Shown one piece after another: positions 21,113-30,455 of a stretch of DNA of 64,000 nt. Source of the DNA: Candidatus Bathyarchaeia archaeon (GTDB taxonomy: Archaea; Thermoproteota; Bathyarchaeia; 40CM-2-53-6); NCBI GenBank assembly GCA_049513715.1, contig JBEKVV010000002.1:96001-160000 (forward strand). The letters are read 5' to 3'. The position numbers and the translations under genes are program-made. Under the pieces are notes generated by a model. That model was not told where the DNA came from. It saw only the letters and a list, made by a program, of their open reading frames with translations, and did not search any database. Every line of letters begins with the position of its first letter. Positions within the stretch are counted from its first letter, which is position 1.

Positions 21113-21332
21113 GACTACCGAAAATTTGGAAGACGCTATCCGCTTGAGAATGGGCCTGCCTAGAAAAGCAACCGCGCCACAACAAAGTGACGATCGCAGC
21201 TTTGACCAAAAAATGCGAGAGGTTCAGGAACTTCCACAGCAACACTACCAAGACGCGGATGAGGCTGAGGTCCCGCTGCCCGAACTTGAAGACCAAATCA
21301 GGCGCCGATTTCACTTGAAACCTAAGGAATGA
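21105..21332 (+). CDS. Hypothetical protein
   Basis: GGAGG RBS; repeated LED.IR.R motif at both ends. Confidence 0.6.
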   Translation: MSETTENLEDAIRLRMGLPRKATAPQQSDDRSFDQKMREVQELPQQHYQDADEAEVPLPELEDQIRRRFHLKPKE

Positions 21333-21338
21333 GCTCTA

Positions 21339-21644
21339 GTGAAGCGCCACAGACGATCACAGGTCAGAAAGCGAACCGTTTGTAATACTCGCGAGCCGAC
21401 CGGGAGCGGTCGCAATACTCTGCCGGATTCCTCCCTGTCCCTACGAGGGAAGAAACCTCCTACTCCGCAGTCGCCGAATCCAGCTATCTTGGCGGTACTA
21501 ACTGACATCGAGGAGAAGTTGGCAAGTGCCCTCATGGACCTGAACGTTCAAAGTGCGAGGTTGACAATCGTTCACGACTTTTTGAAAGTCTCAGTTCAAC
21601 GGGAAACCACGATGACGGATCAGGGGGCTACATACATCGTCTAG
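21339..21644 (+). CDS. Hypothetical protein (true start probably downstream)
   Basis: C-terminal half is amphipathic helical; co-oriented with the operon. Confidence 0.4.
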   Translation: MKRHRRSQVRKRTVCNTREPTGSGRNTLPDSSLSLRGKKPPTPQSPNPAILAVLTDIEEKLASALMDLNVQSARLTIVHDFLKVSVQRETTMTDQGATYIV

Positions 21645-21726
21645 CGAGTCAATGGAGGTCATGGACTGAGAATCCTGTCAGGACACCGCCACTGGAATGG
21701 CGGCATCCCTCATGAAGGTATAGAAC

Positions 21727-22230
21727 ATGGAAGAATCAGCTCAAGTTGATAAAAAGAATTGGGGTTCCCCTTGCGAAGACTGTGAAGGTACGGGCAGGAA
21801 TGCCGTGGGCGGTGTATGCTCAAACTGCCGGGGGCTGGGTCAAGTGAGCCTGTTCGATTCGAATCTGCTACCGATAGGAGGTCGGAAGGTTACGAGAACT
21901 CTCACAGAGACAAGTGAGCCGGTTCCACCGAGTAAACCCGTTGAAGAGCCAGCGTGGAAAGCAAACCAGAAATTCCGCGCCTTCGCGAGAACTGAAAGAG
22001 GTTACGCGATCGTCAGTTCATGCGCCGAAGCCGCAGCCAGCGATGTCCGAAGCAACATAGAAGCCCTCCGCAGCGGTAATCTTAGCGTCGCGGAATGGAA
22101 AGCCCGCCAGATATGGCTCAAGTACTGGCTGCTGCATCGCTACCCAGATCTGCCCGAACCTTTGCGACATGAAGCCGAAGATTTCAGAGACCTTCCCTAC
22201 ACACCACGCCGGAAACGCGCCACAAAATGA
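21727..22230 (+). CDS. Hypothetical protein with DnaJ-type Zn finger
   Basis: CEDCEGTG and CSNCRGLG. Confidence 0.7.
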   Translation: MEESAQVDKKNWGSPCEDCEGTGRNAVGGVCSNCRGLGQVSLFDSNLLPIGGRKVTRTLTETSEPVPPSKPVEEPAWKANQKFRAFARTERGYAIVSSCAEAAASDVRSNIEALRSGNLSVAEWKARQIWLKYWLLHRYPDLPEPLRHEAEDFRDLPYTPRRKRATK

Positions 22231-22389
22231 GGCGAAACAGTTGAAAACCATCCATGCGAACACATTTACATTATCACACCCTCTCTCTCGCTCTCTGAGG
22301 ATAAGACTATGCCCTGCCCGGGCTGAGGGCGCGGGTGTGCTTGTAGGTCTCCTTCCGTTAGTCAGGTTACCGTTGGAGGGCTTTATTGA

Positions 22390-22767
22390 TTGAAGTCTGT
22401 GGTACACAAAACGACTAGGCGGGAGGGTGGTCAACCGGGAAATCGGAATGCGTCCAAACGAGTTGCCATGCCTGAGTGGCTGAACCTTGAGGAGCCTGCA
22501 TCGGTTATCAAATTCATACGGACGATTTTGATCCCGTACACGCTCGCGGGGCGAATTGGCACGCGCCAATCATCCGCAATAACTACAGCATGCAAAGTTC
22601 TCTTGGATTATGATGCTGACCTCCAGCACCTGGAAGAAATGAAGGAGGGCTTGGCCCGGATGGAGGAAGAAATGAAAGAGTTTGACGCGAAGCTGCAGCA
22701 GCATCGAGCCGCCATGAAACCAGTAGGTTCTACAACTGATGACACAATCAAACCGAGCGCAAGCTGA
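22390..22767 (+). CDS. Hypothetical protein with GGQPGNxNA motif (terminase-small-subunit-like)
   Basis: GGQPGNRNA near N-terminus, C-terminal coiled coil, GGAGG RBS. Confidence 0.55.
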   Translation: MKSVVHKTTRREGGQPGNRNASKRVAMPEWLNLEEPASVIKFIRTILIPYTLAGRIGTRQSSAITTACKVLLDYDADLQHLEEMKEGLARMEEEMKEFDAKLQQHRAAMKPVGSTTDDTIKPSAS

Positions 22768-23002
22768 ATCCGAGGACCAACTTCAACACCTCAGGGCTTG
22801 GTCGATGGAAATCATAGATAGAATGATGCGGGATTGGAGGGTTCTTCAGCCGCTTGCACTCAAACGGCAATATGCTGACTTAATCATTGAGATGATAGAA
22901 GCACGTGTCGGCGCAGATCCGTACCCTGAGGGAATACTTCGCAAACTGAACGGATACCTAGAAGAACTTCAACCTTGGATTGGGAAGGAGAACGTTCGAT
23001 AG
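22739..23002 (+). CDS. Hypothetical protein
   Basis: Overlaps upstream gene, helical composition. Confidence 0.55.
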   Translation: MTQSNRAQAESEDQLQHLRAWSMEIIDRMMRDWRVLQPLALKRQYADLIIEMIEARVGADPYPEGILRKLNGYLEELQPWIGKENVR

Positions 23003-23053
23003 GTTAGCAGCTTCTGATTTGGATTCAGCATCGTTAGAGCAATGCGTTTGCGG

Positions 23054-23485
23054 TCATGGGTGAGCGAAGTACCAGAACCATGCTGAAACTAGGATGTATA
23101 CTACTCCCGCAATGAGAAGACTGAACAATACTGCATAGGTTTCAATTGCCCTATGCGAACGATTCATTTGCCAATGGCCTGTCTCTACGTAGTCTATCCA
23201 CGCCTGAGGCGTCATGGCAGGATTTTCCCAAGGGAAACTTATCCACTTGACCGCAAGACCTCGCAGATGATACACTGCAAATCCTCCACCGATGAGAAGC
23301 AACAACGCAATTGCATCAGTGAGCGCAAAGAGCGTCTTGTAACTGGGTATATCCTTGGTAACGAATGGGAGGGTTGCTAAGACGATGACGATGGCAAGGG
23401 TAGCCCCCAAGATTTCCCATGCCAATGTATTGTAGTAGCAGAACATCTGAATCCTATTTTCGGTCTTCAGCGTTTCCGCAGACAT
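23054..23485 (-). CDS. Hypothetical membrane protein (3 TM)
   Basis: Three hydrophobic segments. Confidence 0.65.
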   Translation of the reverse strand: MSAETLKTENRIQMFCYYNTLAWEILGATLAIVIVLATLPFVTKDIPSYKTLFALTDAIALLLLIGGGFAVYHLRGLAVKWISFPWENPAMTPQAWIDYVETGHWQMNRSHRAIETYAVLFSLLIAGVVYILVSAWFWYFAHP

Positions 23486-23498
23486 AATGAACTGCCCT

Positions 23499-24434
23499 TC
23501 ATGTCTGGGCAGTGCCGCACTTGGAGCAGAACTCTGAGCCGATAGGAATCACGGCTCTGCAATTCACGCAGAATTGATTCTTAGTTTGGGCAGCACTTAC
23601 CGAATCAAACGCATTATTGGGGCAAAGCCAAGTCGTGCCTGCTGTTCTCTCTGGATGGGTCTTGTTATCGAGTCTGCCTTCAGGCCCACGAAAAGCATGG
23701 TACAATTCGCATTCCTTAGTGAACGCAGCCTCTGGAGAATCGAAATATGCGAATTTGAATGAATCATATTTGCCGATATGCTCCTTCAGTTTAGCATTGA
23801 TGTCTGAATCAGAACGGCCAAAATATTTGACGAAGAAAGTTTTACCCGGCTTGTGGCCAAGAGCATACACACCGGGCGAACCGGTGCCAACTTCTTCATT
23901 TATTGCCTGCTCATCGAGTGGAAACGGCCCCTGCAAACCAGTACTTGGTTTGTATTCATGTAATTCTCTGACAGTCTGTCTAGTCCTGTTAGACCTCACC
24001 TTGATTACGGTCGCTATCCCTGCGACCATTATTAGAAGACTTGCAGCCAGCGCCAGATAAGCTCCTGAACCGAGGCTGACCGTCACATCCGGGGTGGTGA
24101 GCTTTTCGGATTCACTTGCGAGAAAGCTCATCTCGTATCCTGTTTGCAACAGCACGATGAATCCTAAGACGACGTCCCCAAGCCCAGTCGATGAAGTCTG
24201 CTTCTTGAGCAGTGTTGCCAATGCGCCCACCACAGCGACTCCGAGAAAAATCATGCTAGAGATTCCCCCGAAAAGTTGCAGTAAAGACGAGCTTCTCTGA
24301 AGGGTTATTCCAATATCTGGCAGTGGAGCAGCAAACGTTACCCAAGGAAGAAACACACTAACGGCCATCATTACATATCCAAGTAATGCGACGAGCCCCT
24401 CTGGCCCCATCTTCGTCTTGACTTCAGTCAACAA
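23499..24434 (-). CDS. 4-TM membrane protein fused to GIY-YIG-like domain and C-terminal zinc ribbon
   Basis: FLPW TM block; PGVYALG...YFGRS..INAKLKEH...E.E...LDN; FCVNC...FCSKCG. Confidence 0.7.
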   Translation of the reverse strand: MLTEVKTKMGPEGLVALLGYVMMAVSVFLPWVTFAAPLPDIGITLQRSSSLLQLFGGISSMIFLGVAVVGALATLLKKQTSSTGLGDVVLGFIVLLQTGYEMSFLASESEKLTTPDVTVSLGSGAYLALAASLLIMVAGIATVIKVRSNRTRQTVRELHEYKPSTGLQGPFPLDEQAINEEVGTGSPGVYALGHKPGKTFFVKYFGRSDSDINAKLKEHIGKYDSFKFAYFDSPEAAFTKECELYHAFRGPEGRLDNKTHPERTAGTTWLCPNNAFDSVSAAQTKNQFCVNCRAVIPIGSEFCSKCGTAQT

Positions 24435-24976
24435 ACCACTTGCTATGTTTTAGGTTTGAATAGGCTTAACATTTTGCATGTCGTACGTAATTTCCGGTAA
24501 ATGAAGTCTAGAGGCAAGTCAATAGACCGAAGAGTTGATAGGCCAAGAACGCAGCGTGGATCGAAGATCCGAGATTGTGAGTTCATTGTGGGAAACCCCG
24601 GTTTAACCTTGTCCTTCCCTTTACAGTCTGAACATGCATAAGCGGACAGCGCAAACAGTCATATCTGCTGATGCCCACAATTCTGGGGCAGGTCATAAGT
24701 CCCTTGGCTGTGGTTGCGATACGTTGCCCAACATGCGGCTCTGCGGCGGCATCGACTACTAATCCCAATGAGTACACATGTACACACTGCTGAACCCGTT
24801 TTCAAATTGTCCGACCCTCTGACGCCACAGTAGTAACGGACATCCGAGCGCACCACTGTCCCATCTGCGGGAGACCAGTTCAAACAACACAAGGCTTTCG
24901 GTGTACAGAGTGTGGCGGGGTTGACTTCTGCGAATCCTGTGTTACGGCCGTTCCAAGTCTCGGTGGGCATCGTTTC

Positions 24977-25372
24977 ATGTGTAGACCATGCGTTCACCAA
25001 AAGAACTGGGACTGTGCAACCTGTGGAGACTACGCATCATTGACCTGCGCCAGTTGTTCCAACCGCTCATGTGATAAACACTACACAAGGACTTTCGGAA
25101 TGGCGACTCGCGGACAGAACGAGCTGAATTTCTTTGAATGTGCGCAATGTGGTGGCAAACTTTGCACCAGCTGCGTGGAGATCAGGAAGGGATTCTTTTC
25201 CGAGAAACTCTACTGCAGGAAATGTCGCAGCGAACTAGAGCCCATAACTGAAGTTGGCCGAACCTGCCAATTCTGCAACCTGATAATCCGACGGAGCGAA
25301 TCTCTCTGCGGCTACTGTGGAAAGTCCCAGAATGTCGAGTCCGCGTCACTTGGCACGAAGACAATGGTGTAA
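24977..25372 (+). CDS. Cys-rich multi-zinc-finger protein
   Basis: Many CxxC pairs (CATCG, CASC, CAQCG, CTSC, CRKC, CQFC, CGYCG). Confidence 0.7.
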   Translation: MCRPCVHQKNWDCATCGDYASLTCASCSNRSCDKHYTRTFGMATRGQNELNFFECAQCGGKLCTSCVEIRKGFFSEKLYCRKCRSELEPITEVGRTCQFCNLIIRRSESLCGYCGKSQNVESASLGTKTMV

Positions 25373-25485
25373 CGAAAAACCAGCCTGACCAAGCAGCCTA
25401 GTGGGCTGTGATTTCGAGGCCAATTCCGCCCGGTCGCCCAAAAATCATGAGAAGTTGAGCGGAAAGTCGACAACGCCTAGGAGGC

Positions 25486-25833
25486 CTAGAGTTTTGCGCC
25501 GCAGTGACCGCAGTAAGCTAGATTCGCTTGAGTTCCTTTCCCGCACTGGGTACAATACCTTACGGGTGTCGCTTGTTGGAGAGGTGGTGCTGTAACATCT
25601 TTCTCTGTCTTCTTTCCTCTTCGCCATCTGACTATTTCACCCACGATACCTGCAGGTATTCCAAAAATCATTCCCAACCCCGCAACGTCAACAAGCGCAT
25701 AGACCCCAGACGGCGCGGAGGGTCCACCTGCCGCCTCCGAGATTCCGTAGATTACTCCGAATCCGAGGGTGAAAATGAACCAGAAGAAAGTGCCAATCAC
25801 GCAAATGATAAAACCCCAAACGATTGGGCGCAA
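25486..25833 (-). CDS. Membrane protein with C-terminal zinc ribbon
   Basis: 2 TM segments then YCTQCG...YCGHCG; start set at TTG 25833 after GAGGT. Confidence 0.7.
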   Translation of the reverse strand: MRPIVWGFIICVIGTFFWFIFTLGFGVIYGISEAAGGPSAPSGVYALVDVAGLGMIFGIPAGIVGEIVRWRRGKKTEKDVTAPPLQQATPVRYCTQCGKGTQANLAYCGHCGAKL

Positions 25834-25846
25834 TGCAATAAACCTC

Positions 25847-26605
25847 TTAGGAAATAGTTCTCGAAATTTGGTCACGACTTTTTCGTATTGCAAACCCACA
25901 TAGAGACAGGGCTGTCGCCAACATGACTGCTGGCCACGTGGTCTCTGGGATACTTGCATACTCGGTGCTTTGTGTGTCAAGGGTCATCTTAGTGGCTAAG
26001 TTGCTTCTGCTGGCACTCATGAGTGTAAGTTTGAAGGATTGTTGGGTGTGCGGTTGAACGGTAGTCGGTTCAGTGAACGTGTAACCCACGTCGACCACTT
26101 TGCCGTCGGCGTCAAAGAAGATGGCTACGACTTTCGTGTATTCGCTGATTGTGTCGCCGTTGTTCTTGACTTCGCCGACTATCTCTAGATATCCGAGGCT
26201 ATCCTTTGATGAGGAGGTATTGATAATTTCTAGGGCAGTGGTCAATGGTTCGCCTATCTGGAACTCGATTGTGAGTGTGTAACTTCGAATATTCGCCGAC
26301 TTCGCCGTGTCATATTCGAACACGTCAAAGCCTGAGGTAACACCGGGGGGCAGGCGGTCGAGCAACGTGTAAGTGAAGGCAGTGTCCACTACGGCGCCGT
26401 TCTGGTCTTTGAAGGTGGCGTCAATGCGCACATATCGTAACCAAATATCGCCGGTGTTTTGCACTTCCCCCACCACATGTAGGTAACCAAGTTCATCGAA
26501 GTAACTACTAGTGTTGCTCTGAATGACGGCGCTTGGAGAAGCCGCCACATGGGGCAAGGCGAATAGGAACAGTAGGACTAAGGTCACGGGGATGAACCTC
26601 TTCAT
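25847..26605 (-). CDS. Secreted tandem FxLYD-type Ig-like protein with PEF-CTERM-like anchor
   Basis: Signal peptide MKRF..; two repeats of GYL..VGEV.N.GD....V....F.D..G.VVD; IPE + TM + RKSR tail. Confidence 0.8.
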   Translation of the reverse strand: MKRFIPVTLVLLFLFALPHVAASPSAVIQSNTSSYFDELGYLHVVGEVQNTGDIWLRYVRIDATFKDQNGAVVDTAFTYTLLDRLPPGVTSGFDVFEYDTAKSANIRSYTLTIEFQIGEPLTTALEIINTSSSKDSLGYLEIVGEVKNNGDTISEYTKVVAIFFDADGKVVDVGYTFTEPTTVQPHTQQSFKLTLMSASRSNLATKMTLDTQSTEYASIPETTWPAVMLATALSLCGFAIRKSRDQISRTIS

Positions 26606-26991
26606 AACCTCAAACCTAGGAGTTTGTAGGAGATTGAATGCTCTTAACACTTGCCAAATTCTCCCCATTTTCCTGAAAAGTGTGCATTGTCTATAGAAAC
26701 GCTATTGGCCACTCAATTCTCGATAATACAGGAGGGAAGAAGGGAGCTTCCTCAACCACTCTCCCGGGCTGCAACCTTTCCAGTTCCACCGCAGGCCTTG
26801 CATTCCTCAAAGTACCCTCTCGTTCCAACGATATGCCAATGCCCAAAAGCGCCTAGGCACGACAAGCAGGTTTCTGATTCTTTCTCAGTCATCTAGACCA
26901 CACGGTGTAACGTCTAGGTTCTCGGTGATAGCCGATGAGAACAGAAAAGTAATGAGCTGAGAGGCTACCAAAAGTACAGTTCTTAAACCAA

Positions 26992-27522
26992 TTAGCCGTT
27001 CTTGATTCCGGTCAAACGTTCCAGTTCCACTGTTAGCTTCTCGCAATTTGACTTGAAGTAGCGCCAGTGCTCATCGAAGACATCGGTTCTGAGACGAATC
27101 CACGGAGCAGAGCCAGTCTGCATATCCGAAAACGAACCTGCAAACTCATGTGTCTCGAAGTCAGATCTGAGCCTCCCCAATTCCGTCGCGCTGAGATAGT
27201 ATCCGAACCGCTCCACCATCCTACGGATTTCCTCGAACTCCTGAGAGGTAAGAACAAAAGCCCACTCTGCGCCGGCATCATTTGAGTCGGCCCTTTTAAC
27301 GACCGACGTCCTGACTATGGCTCTAGCCTTCTCGTTGCGTGCCCGGTCCAGAATCTCCAACATTGGAAAGTAAATCTTCTCAAGTTTGCGTTCGATCGTA
27401 GCCTTCTTTCTATCGTTCTTAGCTTCATTAATGGTCACCGCGGCAAAGTAGACCAACGCAAAAGTGGCCACCGCTTCTACTATTGAAACTGTAGCCAAAA
27501 TCCAATCTGTGACTTGCACCAA
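26992..27522 (-). CDS. Hypothetical protein with N-terminal TM helix
   Basis: DWILA...LVYFA TM then LEKIYFPM. Confidence 0.7.
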   Translation of the reverse strand: MVQVTDWILATVSIVEAVATFALVYFAAVTINEAKNDRKKATIERKLEKIYFPMLEILDRARNEKARAIVRTSVVKRADSNDAGAEWAFVLTSQEFEEIRRMVERFGYYLSATELGRLRSDFETHEFAGSFSDMQTGSAPWIRLRTDVFDEHWRYFKSNCEKLTVELERLTGIKNG

Positions 27523-27738
27523 TTCAAGTCAACTGCCACATTATCTAGCATATGCAATGTAAGAGGATTGTTCTGAAACTCACCTGTCAGAGAAGAATGA
27601 AACTATGCCCCAACGCAGGAACAGTGGGAAAGCCTGGATGTCGAAAGAGGGGTCAACCAGTGTGTGGCCAACTCTCCCTTGATTTGTTCTACGCGCGCTC
27701 CCCAAAACGTAAAAAGCAGTTAACAATCAGCCTGCATT

Positions 27739-28032
27739 ATGGGAATTTGTCGAGCGTGTCAAACTGTCTTAGACGAAGGTGACCGGTTCTGCCGAGTTTG
27801 TGGAAACAATGTTTCAGGGTCGCAAGGCTTTCCCTATAGCCATCCAGCGCTCTATTGTAATCCTGAATTTATAGCTCAACTAGCCCTCACAGTTGCTAGT
27901 GCTGCTAGTGGAACAATTGCCGGGAACGCATGGTCGAATTGGCGGTCAAGAGCATACTGTGCTAGTTGTGGGATATGGTTTCCAAAGTCGGAGCGGTTTT
28001 GCGATCGATGCGGCGCACGTCTCCAAAGCTAG
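27739..28032 (+). CDS. Double zinc-ribbon protein
   Basis: CRAC..RFCRVCG and CASCG..RFCDRCG. Confidence 0.75.
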   Translation: MGICRACQTVLDEGDRFCRVCGNNVSGSQGFPYSHPALYCNPEFIAQLALTVASAASGTIAGNAWSNWRSRAYCASCGIWFPKSERFCDRCGARLQS

Positions 28033-28175
28033 AACATCACGCTACTAGATTCTTCCGCTTCTAGTCCTACTTGAGGTACTCGCGCGGCGGTAACGTCAAC
28101 TCTTCGGTTGCTAAGGAAAAAAATCTCCGCTTGTAAAAAGTCGGTTGTTGTGGTAACTACCCAGTTGTTAGAAAA

Positions 28176-28688
28176 TTATTGAGTCCTCGAATCCAGAATA
28201 TTTTTCAATTTGTCGCGAGCTTCGGGGGGAATCTTTGCCTTTTGTACCGCTTGATGTTTGACGTAGTACACTGGGTCACCATTCATATCATATTTGCTAG
28301 TTCGTGAAACCATCGTGACGACTAATTTCACGCCTAAGATAACTCCCTCTGACGATTTGTATTCGTTCCACTCTTCTTTGACTGTATCGAACGGTATATC
28401 TTCAGCAACTACGGAGTTGGCGATTTCCTGAATTGGGTAAGACTGGGTGTCTTTCGCACCTTTGAGTTCCTTCGGCACGGAAGTGGTCAAGATGATATTT
28501 GCCCCCGCTCCAAAGCGGGCATTTCCCTCTGAATCGAGTCCTTCAAGGAAGAATTTCAACAAGATTAGCTTGACTTTGAGCGCGACATCGACCGTATCCT
28601 TGATTGTGTATATACTCCAACCCTCTTTGACAGTATCAAAGTTCAACTCGACTGCGCTAGGGTCGGGTACAGTGGGCTCCAATGTCAT
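28176..28688 (-). CDS. Hypothetical protein made of two tandem homologous domains
   Basis: FDTVKEGWSIY...LKVKLIL repeated as FDTVKEEWNEY...LGVKLVV. Confidence 0.8.
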   Translation of the reverse strand: MTLEPTVPDPSAVELNFDTVKEGWSIYTIKDTVDVALKVKLILLKFFLEGLDSEGNARFGAGANIILTTSVPKELKGAKDTQSYPIQEIANSVVAEDIPFDTVKEEWNEYKSSEGVILGVKLVVTMVSRTSKYDMNGDPVYYVKHQAVQKAKIPPEARDKLKNILDSRTQ

Positions 28689-28788
28689 TCTCTCTGAGAC
28701 GGTTAATGAGGCAACTATTTAAGAAATCGACCATATGTTCGTCTTCTAGGTCATTTTCATATCTCAGATATTCACTCATGACGAGGTT

Positions 28789-29469
28789 GTGCCATTGACA
28801 ACATCCAATTTCGATATTCAAGGCTACGAACTCGTAGGCTCGCAGGTGCTCTACGTTCATGGTCTTGTGTTCCCGATACAATCAGGTTCGATTACCGGAA
28901 CTAGTTCCAAGGCTCAAACAATCATCGTGAACACATCTGGGTTCTCAAATGATCTTCGCGTTTACCCTGTGCCTCACATGGGAACGTCTCATATTGTCTA
29001 TACAGATCAAATAGTGCAGGTCGGAACCCCTCAAGAATGGCACTCAGTTAGTCTTTTAGATCGCCCATCTAGATTCTGGAACTGTTCGATTGAATCATTC
29101 ATTTTTCCATTAGCTGATACAAGCAGAAGTTGGAATGCGATTCGTTTGCCTGCTCGACTAGCAGATTACTCAGATGCGCAAGCTGTCGCATGGTTCGCTT
29201 CTGAATCCGAACTAATTGACTCTGTGAGTAACCTGTGTAATGCCGTTGATTCTGAACTTAGAACAAGAAAGCTTAGATTTTCCAATTCGATAACGACATT
29301 TTCCGACCCTGAAGAAGATGATGATAACTCGCTTATTGTTGAGTATAAGATTGCCAACAAGCATTATGACGAAGTTATCAAGATTTGGAATGCAATCTCG
29401 CTTAAGGTACTGACGGGTTTACCGGAAAATGTACTCGACAAGGTCACTTTGACGATGGAAGACGAATAG
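28789..29469 (+). CDS. Hypothetical protein, putative HEPN partner (start uncertain)
   Basis: Stop lies 1 nt before the HEPN start; acidic FSDPEEDDD motif. Confidence 0.6.
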   Translation: MPLTTSNFDIQGYELVGSQVLYVHGLVFPIQSGSITGTSSKAQTIIVNTSGFSNDLRVYPVPHMGTSHIVYTDQIVQVGTPQEWHSVSLLDRPSRFWNCSIESFIFPLADTSRSWNAIRLPARLADYSDAQAVAWFASESELIDSVSNLCNAVDSELRTRKLRFSNSITTFSDPEEDDDNSLIVEYKIANKHYDEVIKIWNAISLKVLTGLPENVLDKVTLTMEDE

Positions 29470-29470
29470 A

Positions 29471-29842
29471 TTGTTTGCACCTAGCGACTTTCTTGCCTAT
29501 GCTAAATCAATCCCCATTACAGATGAGAAAAGTGCTCGGACTTGCATAGGCCGTGCCTACTACGCAGCTCATCTTTCCGCTAGAGAAAAAGTTCGGTCAC
29601 GCTATCCGAATCTATTTCAGCCTTTTCGCGGGTGCAGTAATGAGCACTCTGTAGTAAGAAACAAGTTAGCAAGGGATTTGAAGAGACCCGACATCACTCA
29701 GAACCTCAGACAATTAGTGCGAAAAAGAGTTCGGGCAGACTACGACATACGAAATTACATCTCCTCCAACCATTTCACAAATGAGGCAACTAGAGCAATC
29801 ATCCTCTGTGATACAATCCTAAAATCTCTCAGCACTGTTTGA
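29471..29842 (+). CDS. HEPN-domain protein
   Basis: R..IGRAYYAA, H.VV, RVRADY. Confidence 0.85.
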   Translation: MFAPSDFLAYAKSIPITDEKSARTCIGRAYYAAHLSAREKVRSRYPNLFQPFRGCSNEHSVVRNKLARDLKRPDITQNLRQLVRKRVRADYDIRNYISSNHFTNEATRAIILCDTILKSLSTV

Positions 29843-29974
29843 TTCTCCTCACTAGCGGCTCGACCCACTTCACGTATTCTTGTTCTTCTCGTTAATTGCG
29901 AGTTCCTTCAGAATCCCAAATCAGATTCGCAACCCTTCCTAGCAACCGACAAGTTGACGTTACCCGCGCGGCGG

Positions 29975-30208
29975 CTAGGGGCGGCGCTTTCTCCCCGTTC
30001 CGTTGCATTCTTGACACGTCCACTCCTGAAACATCCTCACATTCAAACTAGGAACCTTTCCTTCCCTTTTGCAAGCTGGGCAGTAGTCTTCTTGGAGGAT
30101 TCTTCCTTTACCTCCGCAGACCTCGCATATCTTGAAGTAACCTTTGTCTCCGACTTTGTACCAGTGACCGAGGCCGCCTATACATTCTGGGCAAACCTGT
30201 TCGGTCAA
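29975..30208 (-). CDS. Stand-alone DnaJ-type zinc finger protein
   Basis: CPECIGG, CEVCGGKG, CPACKREG, CQECNGTG. Confidence 0.75.
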   Translation of the reverse strand: MTEQVCPECIGGLGHWYKVGDKGYFKICEVCGGKGRILQEDYCPACKREGKVPSLNVRMFQEWTCQECNGTGRKRRP

Positions 30209-30354
30209 TGGAGAATCCTCGTGACAGCATCTAGCTTCAACGGAACAATCGTTCCGCCCATTTGAAGTTCATACCAAAGGTTACAGCGAAGGCAATGTAG
30301 TAACGGAAAACCGTCTTGGCCGAGTAAATCCACGTCGCAATTGGGACATTTCAT
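30205..30354 (-). CDS. Small zinc-ribbon protein (49 aa, absent from ORF track)
   Basis: MKCPNCDVDL...HCLRCNLWY...; stop overlaps the next start. Confidence 0.7.
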   Translation of the reverse strand: MKCPNCDVDLLGQDGFPLLHCLRCNLWYELQMGGTIVPLKLDAVTRILH

Positions 30355-30455
30355 TTTGAATCACGGGCCAATCGTTCTCGTAGTTGCGACTTAAGCGGGG
30401 AACCTGACTGAAACTCAACGGTCAGAGAAGAATGAAACTGAAGTCAGGATATTGT

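Larger units (their letters stand above)
28089..29964. mobile_element. Non-autonomous IS6-like cargo transposon (no transposase)
   Basis: TIRs GGTAACGTCAACTctTCGGTTGCTA vs reverse complement GGTAACGTCAACTtgTCGGTTGCTA (23/25); 8-bp TSD CGCGCGGC at 28081-28088 and 29965-29972. Confidence 0.92.

Noticed and set aside
21382..21412. GAGTATTAC (minus strand) resembling a rolling-circle nick nonamer near a CGACCG/CGGTCG hairpin
   Set aside because: Nonamer is not in a strong stem-loop and no HUH Rep gene is present.
24583..25000. Minus-strand ORFs 24583-24777 and 24659-25000
   Set aside because: Overlapping, no clear motifs; cannot decide which, if any, is real.
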